A DNA stretch of 64,000 bases, from the NCBI RefSeq assembly GCF_030144855.1, contig NC_082731.1, positions 24,738,001 through 24,802,000 on the forward strand. The letters are read 5' to 3'. The stretch is from Hypanus sabinus. Its lineage: Eukaryota. Within the stretch, counting starts at the first letter, position 1. Each line of letters starts with the position of its first letter. The position numbers and the translations under genes were made by a program. The notes beneath the pieces are model-generated. The model was not told the DNA's origin. It searched no databases and worked only from the letters and a program-made list of their open reading frames with translations. Positions 26,094 to 37,620 of this stretch are shown here, piece after piece.

Positions 26094-26570
26094 ATGAACT
26101 TGTTCTTGAATGTCACGCTGTGCCTCTGCTTTCGCCGTGAGTACCGTTCACAACTTTCGCAATATGCAAGTATAAAACTGAACAAGTAGATTCGGACTTT
26201 TATGAGCACTTTATTAGCCATCTGGTGTGTTTCACATCTAATGCCGCTTTGCTTCTCCGTATGCTTTATTTTTCAGAGTTCTTCTGCCAGTCCGTGACCC
26301 AAAGCCCGACAACGTTGACGAGAAATGAATGCCAATCTCTCACCATAACATGCAGGTTCAAAGCTGATCAGTGGGTATAAAGTAAATTTCTAACAGGACG
26401 GTTTTTCAAAAAGACACAGCCGGGAAAGGAAAAAGAGCGTGTGTACACAGGATAAAGATTTAGTATAACAGAAAATAAAGAAGAAATGACAATTACGATG
26501 AAAATTATGAATCTTTTAGTTAAGGACAGCGCCACCTACTTCTGCAAAGTTGAATATGAATATGAATATA
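26094..26570 (+). pseudogene. NTCRV: NAR-TCR V (IgNAR-like V) pseudogene, cassette 2: leader exon 26094-26136, V exon 26277-26570
   Basis: MNLFLNVTLCLCFR | GTGAGT...tttcag | QFFCQSVTQSPTTLTRNECQSLTITCRFKADQWV*SKFLTGRFFKKTQPGKEKERVYTG*RFSITENKEEMTITMKIMNLLVKDSATYFCKVEYEYEY. Phase-1 intron, both canonical Cys present, short FR2-CDR2 region typical of NAR V. TAA stops at 26378 and 26453. Confidence 0.92.
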
Positions 26571-26610
26571 CACAGAGCTGGAAAAGGGATTCCCGCTGTA
26601 CTCGAATACT
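26571..26610 (+). other. 23-type RSS of NAR-like V (cassette 2)
   Basis: CACAGAG (26571-26577) + 23-24 nt + degenerate nonamer (tcgaatact). Confidence 0.65.
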
Positions 26611-26910
26611 TGCTGTAAATGAATGCGTAAGGAGAGAAGTTAGTCTGCCGGTAATTAGAAGATGCATTTCGGTTGAGTTCCATGCACTATAGTTGGTAAT
26701 GAGACTGTAAGTTCTGTGCTAATACTGTTGTTATTTTCCCATCTGAATTTGCATGTATAAATCCACCTTTCCGGAATATTGGTTAGTGAACAACAGCTGA
26801 AAGGATGCTACCATTTCCGATTCACTTACTTCAGATGGGATCTTGCTCCAATAGCATGAAATCTGGAATTGCAATTGGGAAGCTTTTATCTCCAGCACAA
26901 TCCTATTCTG

Positions 26911-26978
26911 CGATTTGAACTTGAGATAAAACACTGTGGATATTGGAACACACAATGGATGGTAATCGGACAAAAACT
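26911..26978 (+). other. D segment of cassette 2 (gatattggaaca, 26939-26950) with 12/12 RSSs
   Basis: cgatttgaa + 12 nt + CACTGTG (26932-26938). CACAATG (26951-26957) + 12 nt + ACAAAAACT (26970-26978). Confidence 0.9.
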
Positions 26979-27289
26979 CTCGGCCCTGATAAAGTTTCTC
27001 TTCAGGAGTTGGGAAATATAATCACTTGTTCCTTTACTTTCACGCAGTGACCTGGAGAATTCCATTGTACTTTGTCCATTTCCAGATTTTTTCTTTGACA
27101 TTTGCAGCAGATTATGGAATCGACATTCGGAATGTGTGAAGTGGCCAATTTACGAGCTTAATTTTTCACAGGTAACTTCACAGGGGTTGGTGGAACACTT
27201 GATATTGTTTTTTTTGCTGTTTTTTTTTTAAAGACTGGATTAGTTGTGCACTGTCCACTGACGGCTGCTGACTGCACTGAGTTCAAGAT

Positions 27290-27389
27290 GATTATTGTAC
27301 CAGTGAAAATGAGAGTCAGATCACAGTGAATTACTACAATGAATATGCAGAAGGAACTGGGACAACAGTCACTGTCACTGCCGGTAAGC
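27290..27389 (+). other. NAR-TCR J segment of cassette 2 (coding 27329-27383) with 23-RSS and splice donor
   Basis: GATTATTGT (27290-27298) + 23 nt + CACAGTG (27322-27328). Reads NYYNEYAEGTGTTVTVTA, then donor GTAAGC at 27384. Confidence 0.9.
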
Positions 27390-28785
27390 ATCTGAACAGG
27401 CCAAATTTGTAAAGCATTTTCTTCAATGTGATTGCAAGGACAGTTTTGTTAAAGATATCAAATTTAATTGAGATTTCAGAGATAGACGCTGTAAAGATTG
27501 TGAGAGATAAAGAATAACGCGTTCAGATTGTCTTCCAAGACTTTATATTAGAAAGGTAATATTGTTAAAGAAGCGCATTTTTGTAGCCATGCAGTCCTGG
27601 AGGAGCAGCAATGGATCGTTCCCATATGCAGAACAGCTTTTTGTATTTCCAGTAGGATGTTTAGTGGGGCAGCAGAAAAACCCAGTTCTTGCGTTTGCAT
27701 ATAGCACTATCAAATATGAGAGAAATTCACAGGGAGTTCCCATGCTAAGTGACGGTGCAGGTCCACAGAAACTGTATGTTGGAAGATTGAGAAAGCAACT
27801 CTAATCCATGCAGGTACTATAGATAAAATTAATCAGCGTAGACTCCCAGTTACGAAAGAGCCGGACACCGACGTGTAACCCTCAATGCAAGTGATATCTG
27901 ACAGACTGTGTGAGAATTTTTTAAGATGACCGGATACATACCATATGCAGTAATAGTAGACAAGCAGTATGAAGAAAGAAAACAAAACATAATAAAGCGG
28001 ACTGAACTGTAAGTAAAACCAAGGATGACATAGAACACCGAATGGGGAAATAAGAGGAAATCTGCAGATGCAGTAAACCAAAGCAAAATAACCGGAATGC
28101 TGGAGGAACTCCACAACCCAGATAAGATCTATGAATACCCCGATGAATTGCCTCTACCCGAAACATCGCCTGTTTACTCTTTTCCATTGATGTTGCCCTG
28201 GCCTGCTGAATTCCTCAAACATAGTGGTTCTGTTAGACCGAATGGATTGGAAGTTTACATTGGCATGCATAACATTTAACAAACTGTACTAATACGCCCA
28301 TTGGTCTTCATCCTAAAAATGGAAAATCGTTCCCTACTGAAGCTCTTAAAGGGCTAAATCGAAGAGCAAATATTGCTAGAGAGTGCATCAGTCGCTCTGA
28401 ATGAATATATTGTTCTTTTGTTTTCCAGTTCGTCTTTCCCTTAGAAAAATGAAAGACAACTGTTGAATTATCAACAATAGAACATGTATATCCTCTATTT
28501 TCTGGGTGCAAACTCTGGGAGATTATTGCCAAATATTCTCCAATTCCCGTGAAATTTCATATTTTCCAGCATTTACATGTAGTAATTTAATTTCTCCTCC
28601 TGCATCATTGTGCCAATTATTTCTCTAAAGCAGCAAGTCGCCAGAATACTTACCGACGGCAATAATATCATTTTGGAGGCATTGTGAACGAAACCAGCAG
28701 GAGTGAACCCTTTACTTATTCCTCTGAGAGGCGGATATAATAATGACAGTAAAGTAATACTAATGCCTGTTTTAATTTTCTACAG

Positions 28786-29130
28786 ATCCATTATCCCTTG
28801 AGTCCAAGAGTCCGCCACTAAAGTCCTCTTATTCCGATGACGGCGTCACATTAAGTTGCAAGTATTTCGGGTTTTGTACATATACGGTACACTAATACAG
28901 GCAGTTCCAAACGGAGCATCCAAAACTTCTCCTCCAGAGGCACACTTCCGGAGAACAGGATCAAAAATGTGCTGCCGAAGGACGCATCTTCGGTTCTCTC
29001 AATCGTGATAAGAAAATCAGCATGTTAATGATATCGAAACTGCAAGTGAGCGACTCGGCGTTGTACCAATGTGCCATAAGTCGGCGCAGAGCACAGTGAT
29101 AGACAGGAGGAAGCGTGATGCTTAAAAATC
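28786..29130 (+). pseudogene. STCRDV: Leaderless supporting TCR-delta V pseudogene, cassette 2, with 23-RSS
   Basis: Acceptor ttttctacag. Reads (D)PLSLESKSPPLKSSYSDDGVTLSCKYFGFCTYTVH*YRQFQTEHPKLLLQRHTSGEQDQKCAAEGRIFGSLNRDKKISMLMISKLQVSDSALYQCAISRRR. Single TAA at 28893, at the FR2 Trp position. CACAGTG (29092-29098) + 23 nt + TTAAAAATC (29122-29130). Confidence 0.92.
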
Positions 29131-31837
29131 TCTTTGTTGTGGATGGCACAGCGTTTCAAAAGACGAAAGGAGCCGTACAAAAGCGTGCGAGTGGGAGCCC
29201 GCAGAGAAGAGACCGAGAATCCTGCACTAATCGTTCAGATGCGAAAAGATGCAATGGTATTTTGCATACCTAATATTGCGTCCTAAGCACAAGTCTAGTC
29301 GATAGGTTTCCTGCCTAGTACAACTTGCTGCTATTTACATGGCGACACTTTGGCATGTTTCGCTTACGAATTAGTCCTCCGTCAGCAGCATCAGGACACC
29401 TAGGACACCTATATTATGGCGATCGCTCGGTCCACTACGAGATACTCGAAAAGATTTTTTTTGAAAAAAAATCTCAGCCGACGTCTTTATGTCGATCGGC
29501 ACAAAAACAGACCCGGAACTGTGGCCGGGAAAAGATTCCGTTTACTCACATATAGACAGTGGAGGAGATTATTTCATACTCGGGAGAAATTCCCACCTCC
29601 CGGAACGCACAACCGAACAACGGTGTAAGACAAGCTAAATGAACACGAACCTGCAACCATGTGTAACGTAAAATTATTAAAGACCATTTGTTTAGGGCAA
29701 TTCCGACAAACTTCGTTTTAAACAACTAGCGAAAATTTAAAGAACATTTTCTTTCTCTGCAAGACCATGCATTCTCTTTTGAATCATCTGTGCAAAACGA
29801 TTATTTGAATAATTTCAGGAAAATTTTATACATTTTCCTGAACATTATCGGGAACATAGGAATCGGGTTTTGAAATTATGTCGAGATGATATTAACATGG
29901 CATAGAATGTGATTAAAGACAAAAGAACCCGAATCCTCCAAATTCTAAAGTATGTAATGTGGCATCAAATACAAGGGAAGTTCCTATAATGACAGGCTAC
30001 TGATAAATTTTCAAAACTATTGTTTCATTTATTTCCCAAGTATATTGATAGGGTTTTTCAGCAACTGAGGAAGCTCGTTCCTGATCTTCCTTTGAGTCAT
30101 TTTGTATATGGTCGTGTTTTTTTTTTCTTTTGAAAGTTCGTAACAAATAAACAACCGCATATTTACGAAAGCTAACAAAGAGTTCCCCCCCCCCCCAAGT
30201 CCTGCGCAAAATAGCAAACGAAATGTCCTTAACTAGACAAAAAATAACAAAGAGATTATAAAACTTTTGAAGGTAGCGAATTATAAAACAAGGGATTATC
30301 TGCCGTTCGACATCTCATGGAACATAAAACAAACACTATTCGATATTCGTTCTCTAATTGGTTACCTATATCTTCTGAAGTTATTATTTCTGCATGCTTT
30401 CTAGTTGAGGCTTTATCTATGCTTAGTTGTGTTAACTTCGTAGCAGAATTTCATATTTCGCATGGAATGCAGAAAGCCGTTTTCTTTGATCAGCATTACA
30501 AATGTTATCACAATGTTATGCAGGATTTAAAATATATTTCTTGTTCATTATACTTTTCCCGAGTAGTATTCGTGTAATTGCCTTGAGTAAACAATGTGTT
30601 TCGAAGGTTGATACTTGCATTTTTATTTTTTGTTTGTAATTTTACAGATTAGTATCATACCAAAATATTATGACAAAAGAATACATTAACAGAACTGTAG
30701 TAAATGTGTACTTTTCTTATATTTTAAAAGCTGAGCACTAGTTGGCAAACGTTGTTAACATTTTATATATATCTGACAAAATTTTCTTTTTATTTCATCA
30801 TGATCTATTTTCGTTGCTTGCTCATATTCCAGATAAAATATTTGTCTGTTTCATATTCATCCTTCAGTTGTATTGTATCCTGCTGTTCTGTATTGTATTC
30901 TACTCTCCGAATTGGACCGTTATTCTTAATATTCTCGTCTAAAGTTCCAGATTATATCTCGAAAAATATATATAATATTTTAATTGCTTTAGATAATCTC
31001 ATGACACAGAGTAATACTTCAAATCGTCCATGTTTTGCTGTGTCAAATGTCAACGTCATTCGTTTAGTTATCTCTGATTTGATACCCTATATTCGTTCAA
31101 TTTAGAGAATTAAGGACGTGCTTAAAACTAGATGAAACTTTAATCGGTTTTGAGGTTCGCTCGAGAAAAAAAGTACCTTGGATATTTTGATTATGATTGT
31201 ATTTTTTTTCTTTTTGGTTTCTAATATTAATGTCGTGCAGGGCATTATTTTTGTTGTTATGCAAATGTTTCTCGCTTTCCTAAATATTGCCGTAATATAC
31301 CATTGTTGAGAGAATTAACATCTGTTGCTCTTTGAAAATATTGATTGCATGCTTTCTGTAGGCATGTAGCGACTTTAGGTTGGGTCATTGCCCATGTATT
31401 CTGTTAGTGTGATTTTAAATATTAGCATAATTCTGTCCCTAAGCTCAACTTCGTCATTAGCATTCTGTCAAAGCTCGACGTCTGTTATATTGCAATTACA
31501 TCCTGTTGTGGATCAATTGCTCAAGTATTTTACCTTCCGTCATTTCTTCGAATGGTCTCCCCTCATTACATTCTTTGAATAGCATTGTTGGAGTCTTTAA
31601 GGTGATTTCATTCCAGCTGTTGTGCCAATTCATATTTTTTTGTTTGTTTGTTTAAACCTTTATTTCGAGAATAGTTTAAATTTAGAATAATTATACCATT
31701 CAGTGTTCATTTTCTTCCATGAAGGAATATTTTGACTATAAGCTTTTGATGAAATTGCCATTTATTTCTGTTGTGTCTGTCTCAAGTATGTCTTATGTCT
31801 GTCTGTCTCTTTTGGAAGAGGACAGCGAGGCTTTGAG

Positions 31838-34800
31838 AGGAAGTGCGGCGGCGGCCATTTTCAAATTGTCCAATTGCGTCTCAGATCGGAGTTCTGAGAG
31901 GCGGGACTGCGCAGGCGCGTGAGGAGGCTTGGGAATGAGGGAAGATATAAAAAGAACGCAGCCTTAAGAAGGGATTCAAGTTTCTGGATCATTGGGACCT
32001 CTTCTGGGGCAGACGTGACCTGTTCAAGAAGGACGAGTTACACTTGAATCCTGGGGGGGGGGGGGGAGGAACCAATATCCTAGCGGGGAGGTTTGCTAGG
32101 GCTACAGGACAGAATTTAAATTAGTAAGATGGTGGGGCGGGAATCAATTTGAGGAAACCATGGGAGAGGAGAATAGTTCACCAGTACAGCAAGTAAATAG
32201 ATAGTGTGTGAGGGAGGAAAGGAAGGTGATGGAGAAGGAATGCGCTCAGCCCGAAGATGTAGAGGAGAAGAAAGAAAAGGATAAAAAATTTGAATGCATT
32301 GTTAGGGATGAAAGGAGAGGAGGGTTTGGAGAGTATCTCAAATTCATGTATTTTAATGGTAGGAGCATTGTAAGAAAGGTGGATGAGCTTAAAGCGTGGA
32401 TTGATACCTGGAATTATGATGTTGTAGCATTAGTGAAACATGGTTGCAGGAAGGGTGTGCTTGGCAACTAAATATTCCTGGATTTAGTTGCTTCAGGTGT
32501 GATAGAGTAGGAGGGGCTAGAGGAGGAGGTGTTGCATTGCTTGTCCGTGAAAATCTTATCGCAGTGCTTTGGAAGTATAGATTAGATTGCTCCTCTAGGG
32601 CGGCTATTTGGGTGGAATTAATGAATGGGAAGGGTGTAGTAACACTGATAGGAGTGTATTATACGCCACCTAAAGTGGAGCGTGAGTTGAAAGAGCAAAT
32701 GAGTAAGGAGATAGCACATATTTGTAGTAAACAGAAGGTGGTGATTTTGGGAGATTTTAATTTTCCACACGTAGACTGGGAAGCTCATTCTGTAAAAGGG
32801 CTGGATGGTTTAGAGTTTGTGAAATGTGTGCAGGATAGCTTTTTTGCAACAATACATACAAGTACCGACTAGAGATGGGGCAGTGTTGGATCTCCTGTTA
32901 GTGAATGCGATAGGTCAGCTGACAATTGTATGTGCTGGGGAGCACTTTGGGTCTAGTGATCACAATAGCATTAGTTTCAATGTAATTATGGAGAAGGACA
33001 GGACCTAGAGTTGAGATTTTTGATTGGAGAAAGGCTAACATTGAGGAGATGCGAAGGGATTTAGAGAGAGTGGATTGGGTCAAGTTGTTTTATGGGAAGG
33101 ATGTAATAGAGAAATGGAGGTCATTTAAGGGTGAAATTATGAGGGTACAGAATCTTTATGTTCCTGTTAGGTTGAAAGGAAAGGTTAAAGGTTTGAACGC
33201 ACCATGGTTTTGAAGGGATATTAGAAATTTGGTTCGGAAAATGGGGGATGTCTACAATATATATAATAGTATGGCGTAAAGGAATTGCTCGAGGAATATA
33301 AAGTATGTAAAAGGAATCTTTAGAAAGTGATTAGAAAAGATAAAAGAAGATCCGAGCTTGGTTTGGCAAATAAGGTGAAAGTAAATCCGAAAGGTTTCTA
33401 CAGTTATATTAAAAGCAAGCGGATAGTGAGGGATAAAATTGGCCCCTTAGAGAATCAGAGTGATCAGCTATGTGTGGAGCCGAGGGAGATGGGAGCGATT
33501 TTGAAAGATTTCTTCTCTTCGGTTTTCACTAAGGAGAAGGATATTGAATTGTGTCAGTCGTGGGGAATAAGTAAGGCAGTTATGGAACCTATGACAATTA
33601 AAGAGGTGGAAGTACTGGCGCTTTTAAGAAATTTTAATGTGGATAAATTTCCGGGTCCTGACAGGATTTTCCCGAGGACCTTGAGGGATGTTTGTGTAGA
33701 AATAGCAGGAGCACTGACGGAGATCTTTAAGTTGTCATTAGAAACGGGGATTGTGCCGGAGGATTGGTGTATTGCTCATGTGGTTCCATTGTTTAAAAAG
33801 GGTTCTAGAAGTAAACCTAGCAATTATAGACCTGTCAGTTTGACATCAGTGGTGGGTAAATTAAAGGAAAGTATTCTTAGAGATAGTATTAATAATTATC
33901 TGGATAGACAGGATCTGATTTGGAGTAGCCAGCATGGATTTTGCGTGGAAGGTCATGTTCGAAAAACCTTATTGAATTTTCTGAAGAAGTTACGAGGAAT
34001 GTTGACGAGGGTAAGGCAGTGGATGTAGTCTATATGGACTTCAGCAAAGCCTTTGACAAAATTCCATATGGAAGGTTAGTTAAGAAGTTTCAGTCGTTAG
34101 GTATTAATGCTGGAGTAATAAATTGGATTCAACAGTGGCTAGATGGGAAATACCAGAGAGTAGTGGTGGATAATTGTTTATCGGGATGGAGCCCGGTGAC
34201 TAGCGGGGTGCCTCAGGGATCTGTTTTCGGCCCAATGTTGTTTGTAGTATACATACATGATCTGGATGATAGGGTGGTAAATTGGATTAGTAAGTATGCT
34301 GATGATACTAAGGTAGGAGGTGTTGTGGATAATGAGGTGGGTTTTCAAAGCTTGCAGGGAGATTTATGCCGGTTAGAAGAATGGGCTGATCGTTGGCAGA
34401 TGGAGTTTAATGCTGAGAAGTGTGAAGTTCTACATTTTGGCAGGAATAATCCAAATAGAACACACATGGTAAATGGTAGGGCATTGAGGAATGCAGAGGA
34501 ACAGAGAGGTCTAGGAATAACAGTGCATAGTTCCCTGAAGGTGGAGTCTCATGTAGATAGGGTGTTGAAGAAGGCTTTTGGAACGCTGGCCTTTATAAAT
34601 CAAAGCATTGAGTACAGAAGTTGGAATGTAATGTTAAAATTGTACAAGACATTGGTAAGGCCAAATTGAGAATATTGTGTGCAGTTCTGGTCACCGAATT
34701 ATAGGAAAGATATCAATAAATTAGAGAGAGTGCAGAGACGATTTACTAGAATGTTACCTGGGTTTCAGCACATAAGTTACAGAGAAAGGTTGAACAAGTT

Positions 34801-35220
34801 AGGTCTTTATTCATTGGAGTGTAGAAGGTTGAGGGGGGATTTGATTGGGGTATTTAAAATTTTCAAAGGGATAGATAGAGTTGACGTGAGTAGGCTGTTT
34901 CCATTGAGAGTAGGGGAGATTCAAACGAGAGGACATGATTTGAGAGTTAGGGGGCAGAAGTTTAAGGGAAACACGAGGGAGTATTTCTTTACTCACAGAG
35001 TGATTGCTGTGTGGAATAAGCTTCCTGTAGAAGTAGTAGAGGCTAGTTCAGTTGTGTCATTTAAGGTAAGATTGGAGAGGTATATGGACAGGAAAGGAGT
35101 GGAGGGTTATGGGCTGAGTGCGGGTAGGTGGGACTAGGTGAGATTAAGAGTTCGGCACGGACTAGGAGGGCCGAGATGGCCTGTTTCCGTGCTGTGATTG
35201 TTATATGGTTATATGTTATA
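31838..35220 (+). mobile_element. CR1 LINE with near-complete ORF2 (APE endonuclease + RT), internally deleted ORF1 and 3' tail
   Basis: 5' gcggcggccatttt start. ORF1 esterase end GFKFLDHWDLFWGRRDLFKKDELHLN. Endonuclease LKFMYFNGRSI...GDFNFP...SDHN. RT PGPDRI...YRPVSLTS...DFSKAFDK...GVPQGSV...YADDTK. Tail ttatatggttatatgttata. Several frameshifts and stops. Confidence 0.95.
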
Positions 35221-35298
35221 CGGTTCAAGTACGTTACTCGATAATATTAGTGCATGAGGTTTATGCGCGTTTTTCTTCTACTAAACGCTTCAGTGTCC

Positions 35299-35308
35299 TC
35301 ATTTGCAT
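35299..35308 (+). promoter_or_regulatory. Octamer/decamer motif TCATTTGCAT
   Basis: Perfect ATTTGCAT at 35301-35308. No downstream V gene recognised. Confidence 0.2.
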
Positions 35309-35729
35309 GTGAACATCTCCCAAGACAAACACGAGCAGCATCAGCAGCTACTTTTATTGCTTGCTGCTTCTTTTTACGGTTTTCGTCTAATCAATAGAGA
35401 ATCACAATAGATTCACATTTTGGAAATCCAAGCGCTCGCCCCAGTTTTCTAACAATGAACACAACTGCTATTTATAGAAACTTTTCAACATCAGCTCTGT
35501 GCTAATGTGTTCTATATTTTGCCTCCGTTTAGTAATGCCCTGAAGTTTACAAATATCACATTTACCTTTATTTCAAATTTCTCTACGAGGTATTTAAACT
35601 TCGACTATTCCAGATTTTTCTCAATTTACCTCCTGTTCACTAATTATTTCAGTCTGTGCCAGAATCCCTTCCCTCCAATTCTCTATTGCATTCTTTAGAG
35701 CTGTCAGAAATCAGCAACAATGAATGTAT

Positions 35730-36520
35730 AATTGTGGCAGATAATTTATAACAAATAAACATTTATTAAACACTGCTAAAAGAAACCCCGAAAGAAAACA
35801 ACCGACTAACTTAACCAAACGTCAGCCGTTGTGCATCTTGAACAGATCTTAAATCGGTAATGCGAAAACGGTTCTTAAAGAACTAATGCGAAGGTCCAAA
35901 GTTTTACCCAGTCGCTTAGGAGAGACTTCTTGAAACCATTTAAATTCTCTTTCACGTCGTGTTACTGTTATTCCCAGACGAAGTATGCTTTCATCAAAGG
36001 ATTCATGATGAAGAAAATGAAACGGCTTCAAGGCACACACCTTTCTTTGGCGAATTTTTACCCAACCCTCTATTCTTCTGTCAGAACAGAGGTTATCATG
36101 GGCATAGCTGACGAATTCCTTCCGAATGAGAATCAAATAAGGTCGAAAATGCTTTACCGTCGAAATCAACTTTCTTCGATCATCAACTTCCCGAACTTCA
36201 AATCTTCACTCTTCATTGACTGGACTGCCAGGATTATTACAAAACTGAGGGAATAACCTTTGACTTAAGGCAAAAAGCAAAACTCCACTTTTAAGTGAAA
36301 CTGCGTCATAACATCGGAATACGCAGCAGCTTGGTGTCACTACCTAATTCAACCACGGACTGTCCACGTCACAGGGTGAGGTTCTGCTATTATAACCGGT
36401 TGAAAAAAAAACTGTCATTTGACCTCGCATGACCTCTCGGGAAAATGAAGCCACTCCCCCATCACAAGACCCTTACCTCTTCTCCAGTACATCCTCAACT
36501 AAATAACGGTCACATGACAG
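35730..36520. repeat. LTR-like interspersed repeat
   Basis: The composition and the motif aaataaacatttattaaac... resemble an LTR, and it lies near a Gypsy integrase remnant. Boundaries are approximate. Confidence 0.35.
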
Positions 36521-37029
36521 GTAGAAGATACCCAAGAGTATGTAACAGGAGCACTCTTAAATAATTCACCCAATAATTATATCCACTTGTTTATCACCAC
36601 TAATTGTTTTCTTCCATTGGTCCGTTGGAAGTTTGGTGAGAAACCGCTCATTCTTCTTTATCGTAGGGTAGTTGACAGGAGAATTGTAGGGTGATGAGAA
36701 ACCCTTGAGGGTGATGGTGACTGAGTTCAAGTGATGCGTTAGGTAAAATCTTTCAGCATTTGCAATTGGGCCGCAAATGGAAAGCAAATGACCGAAATGT
36801 AAATATTTCGTACGTAACGTAAGCCGTAATGGCTACAGTGCTTGCCGTGTTCTGCCATCGAGCACAAATAACTCATAGCCAATGTTTTTCGGCTCTCAAA
36901 CGTCTTTCCCTTCATTACGTCGGTTTAAAATATTACAGAACAATATAATGTTCTGGTCCATATGATTTTTAGCTCTGAGAAAGTTTGTTGCTCCGTCGCT
37001 GATTTGCTTCTTTTTTACATTGTTCAGAG

Positions 37030-37620
37030 AAGGTAGTTGGGTGTACCGTCTGCTATGGATCAGGTGTGTCTGCGTTGGGTCACTAAGGCGGAGCTTCAGT
37101 CCTCTTCCGCGGAGCTCGTTTTCGGGAAACCCATGACAGTGCCGGGGAAGCTTCTCCCATCATGCACAGTCCCCAGTTCCGCGTCGCAGCAGCTCTCCGA
37201 AATTATACGGGAAAAACGCAGCATGGTCGGCCGTGTTTGCAGCTGTCACCGTGTCTGCGGGAGGAGAGATTTATGTCCCTGCGTCATTACAGACATTGTA
37301 GCACACTATTAACGCCTTATGTCGGACCATTCAGCGTGTTGGAAGAATGGACTAAGTTTCGTTAGCCGGCCTTTCGAGGTGTCCCGGAAACTCTTTCAAT
37401 GGACCGTCTACGATCTGCTCGTTTGGAGCTGGACTCTCTATTGGAAGTATACACCCCACACGTGGAAGTTGGCCGTCCACCTCCAGACCTTCTGTTTTTA
37501 AGTTTCTATTTATTCCCGGCACCTGCCCGTGAAGCCAAGCAGAATGATGTTCGGAAGAGTGTTGGGGGCCGCTGCTCGTTTGCCTTTGTCTGTTATTGTA
37601 AATTTTGTGGGTGCTGGGGA
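37030..37620 (+). mobile_element. Gypsy integrase C-terminal remnant
   Basis: ORF 37037-37312 KAELQSSSAELVFGKPMTVPGKLLP (cf. KEDLxxSSAELVYGxPLxVPGEF). PYVGPFSVLE follows downstream. Confidence 0.7.

Noticed and set aside
28560-28640. Possible relic leader upstream of the cassette 2 supporting V
   Set aside because: The ATG is followed at once by stops and there is no GT donor, so the V is treated as leaderless.
36566-36787. Minus-strand ORF with VTITLKG...ERF
   Set aside because: Lacks cysteines, WY motif, splice sites and RSS.
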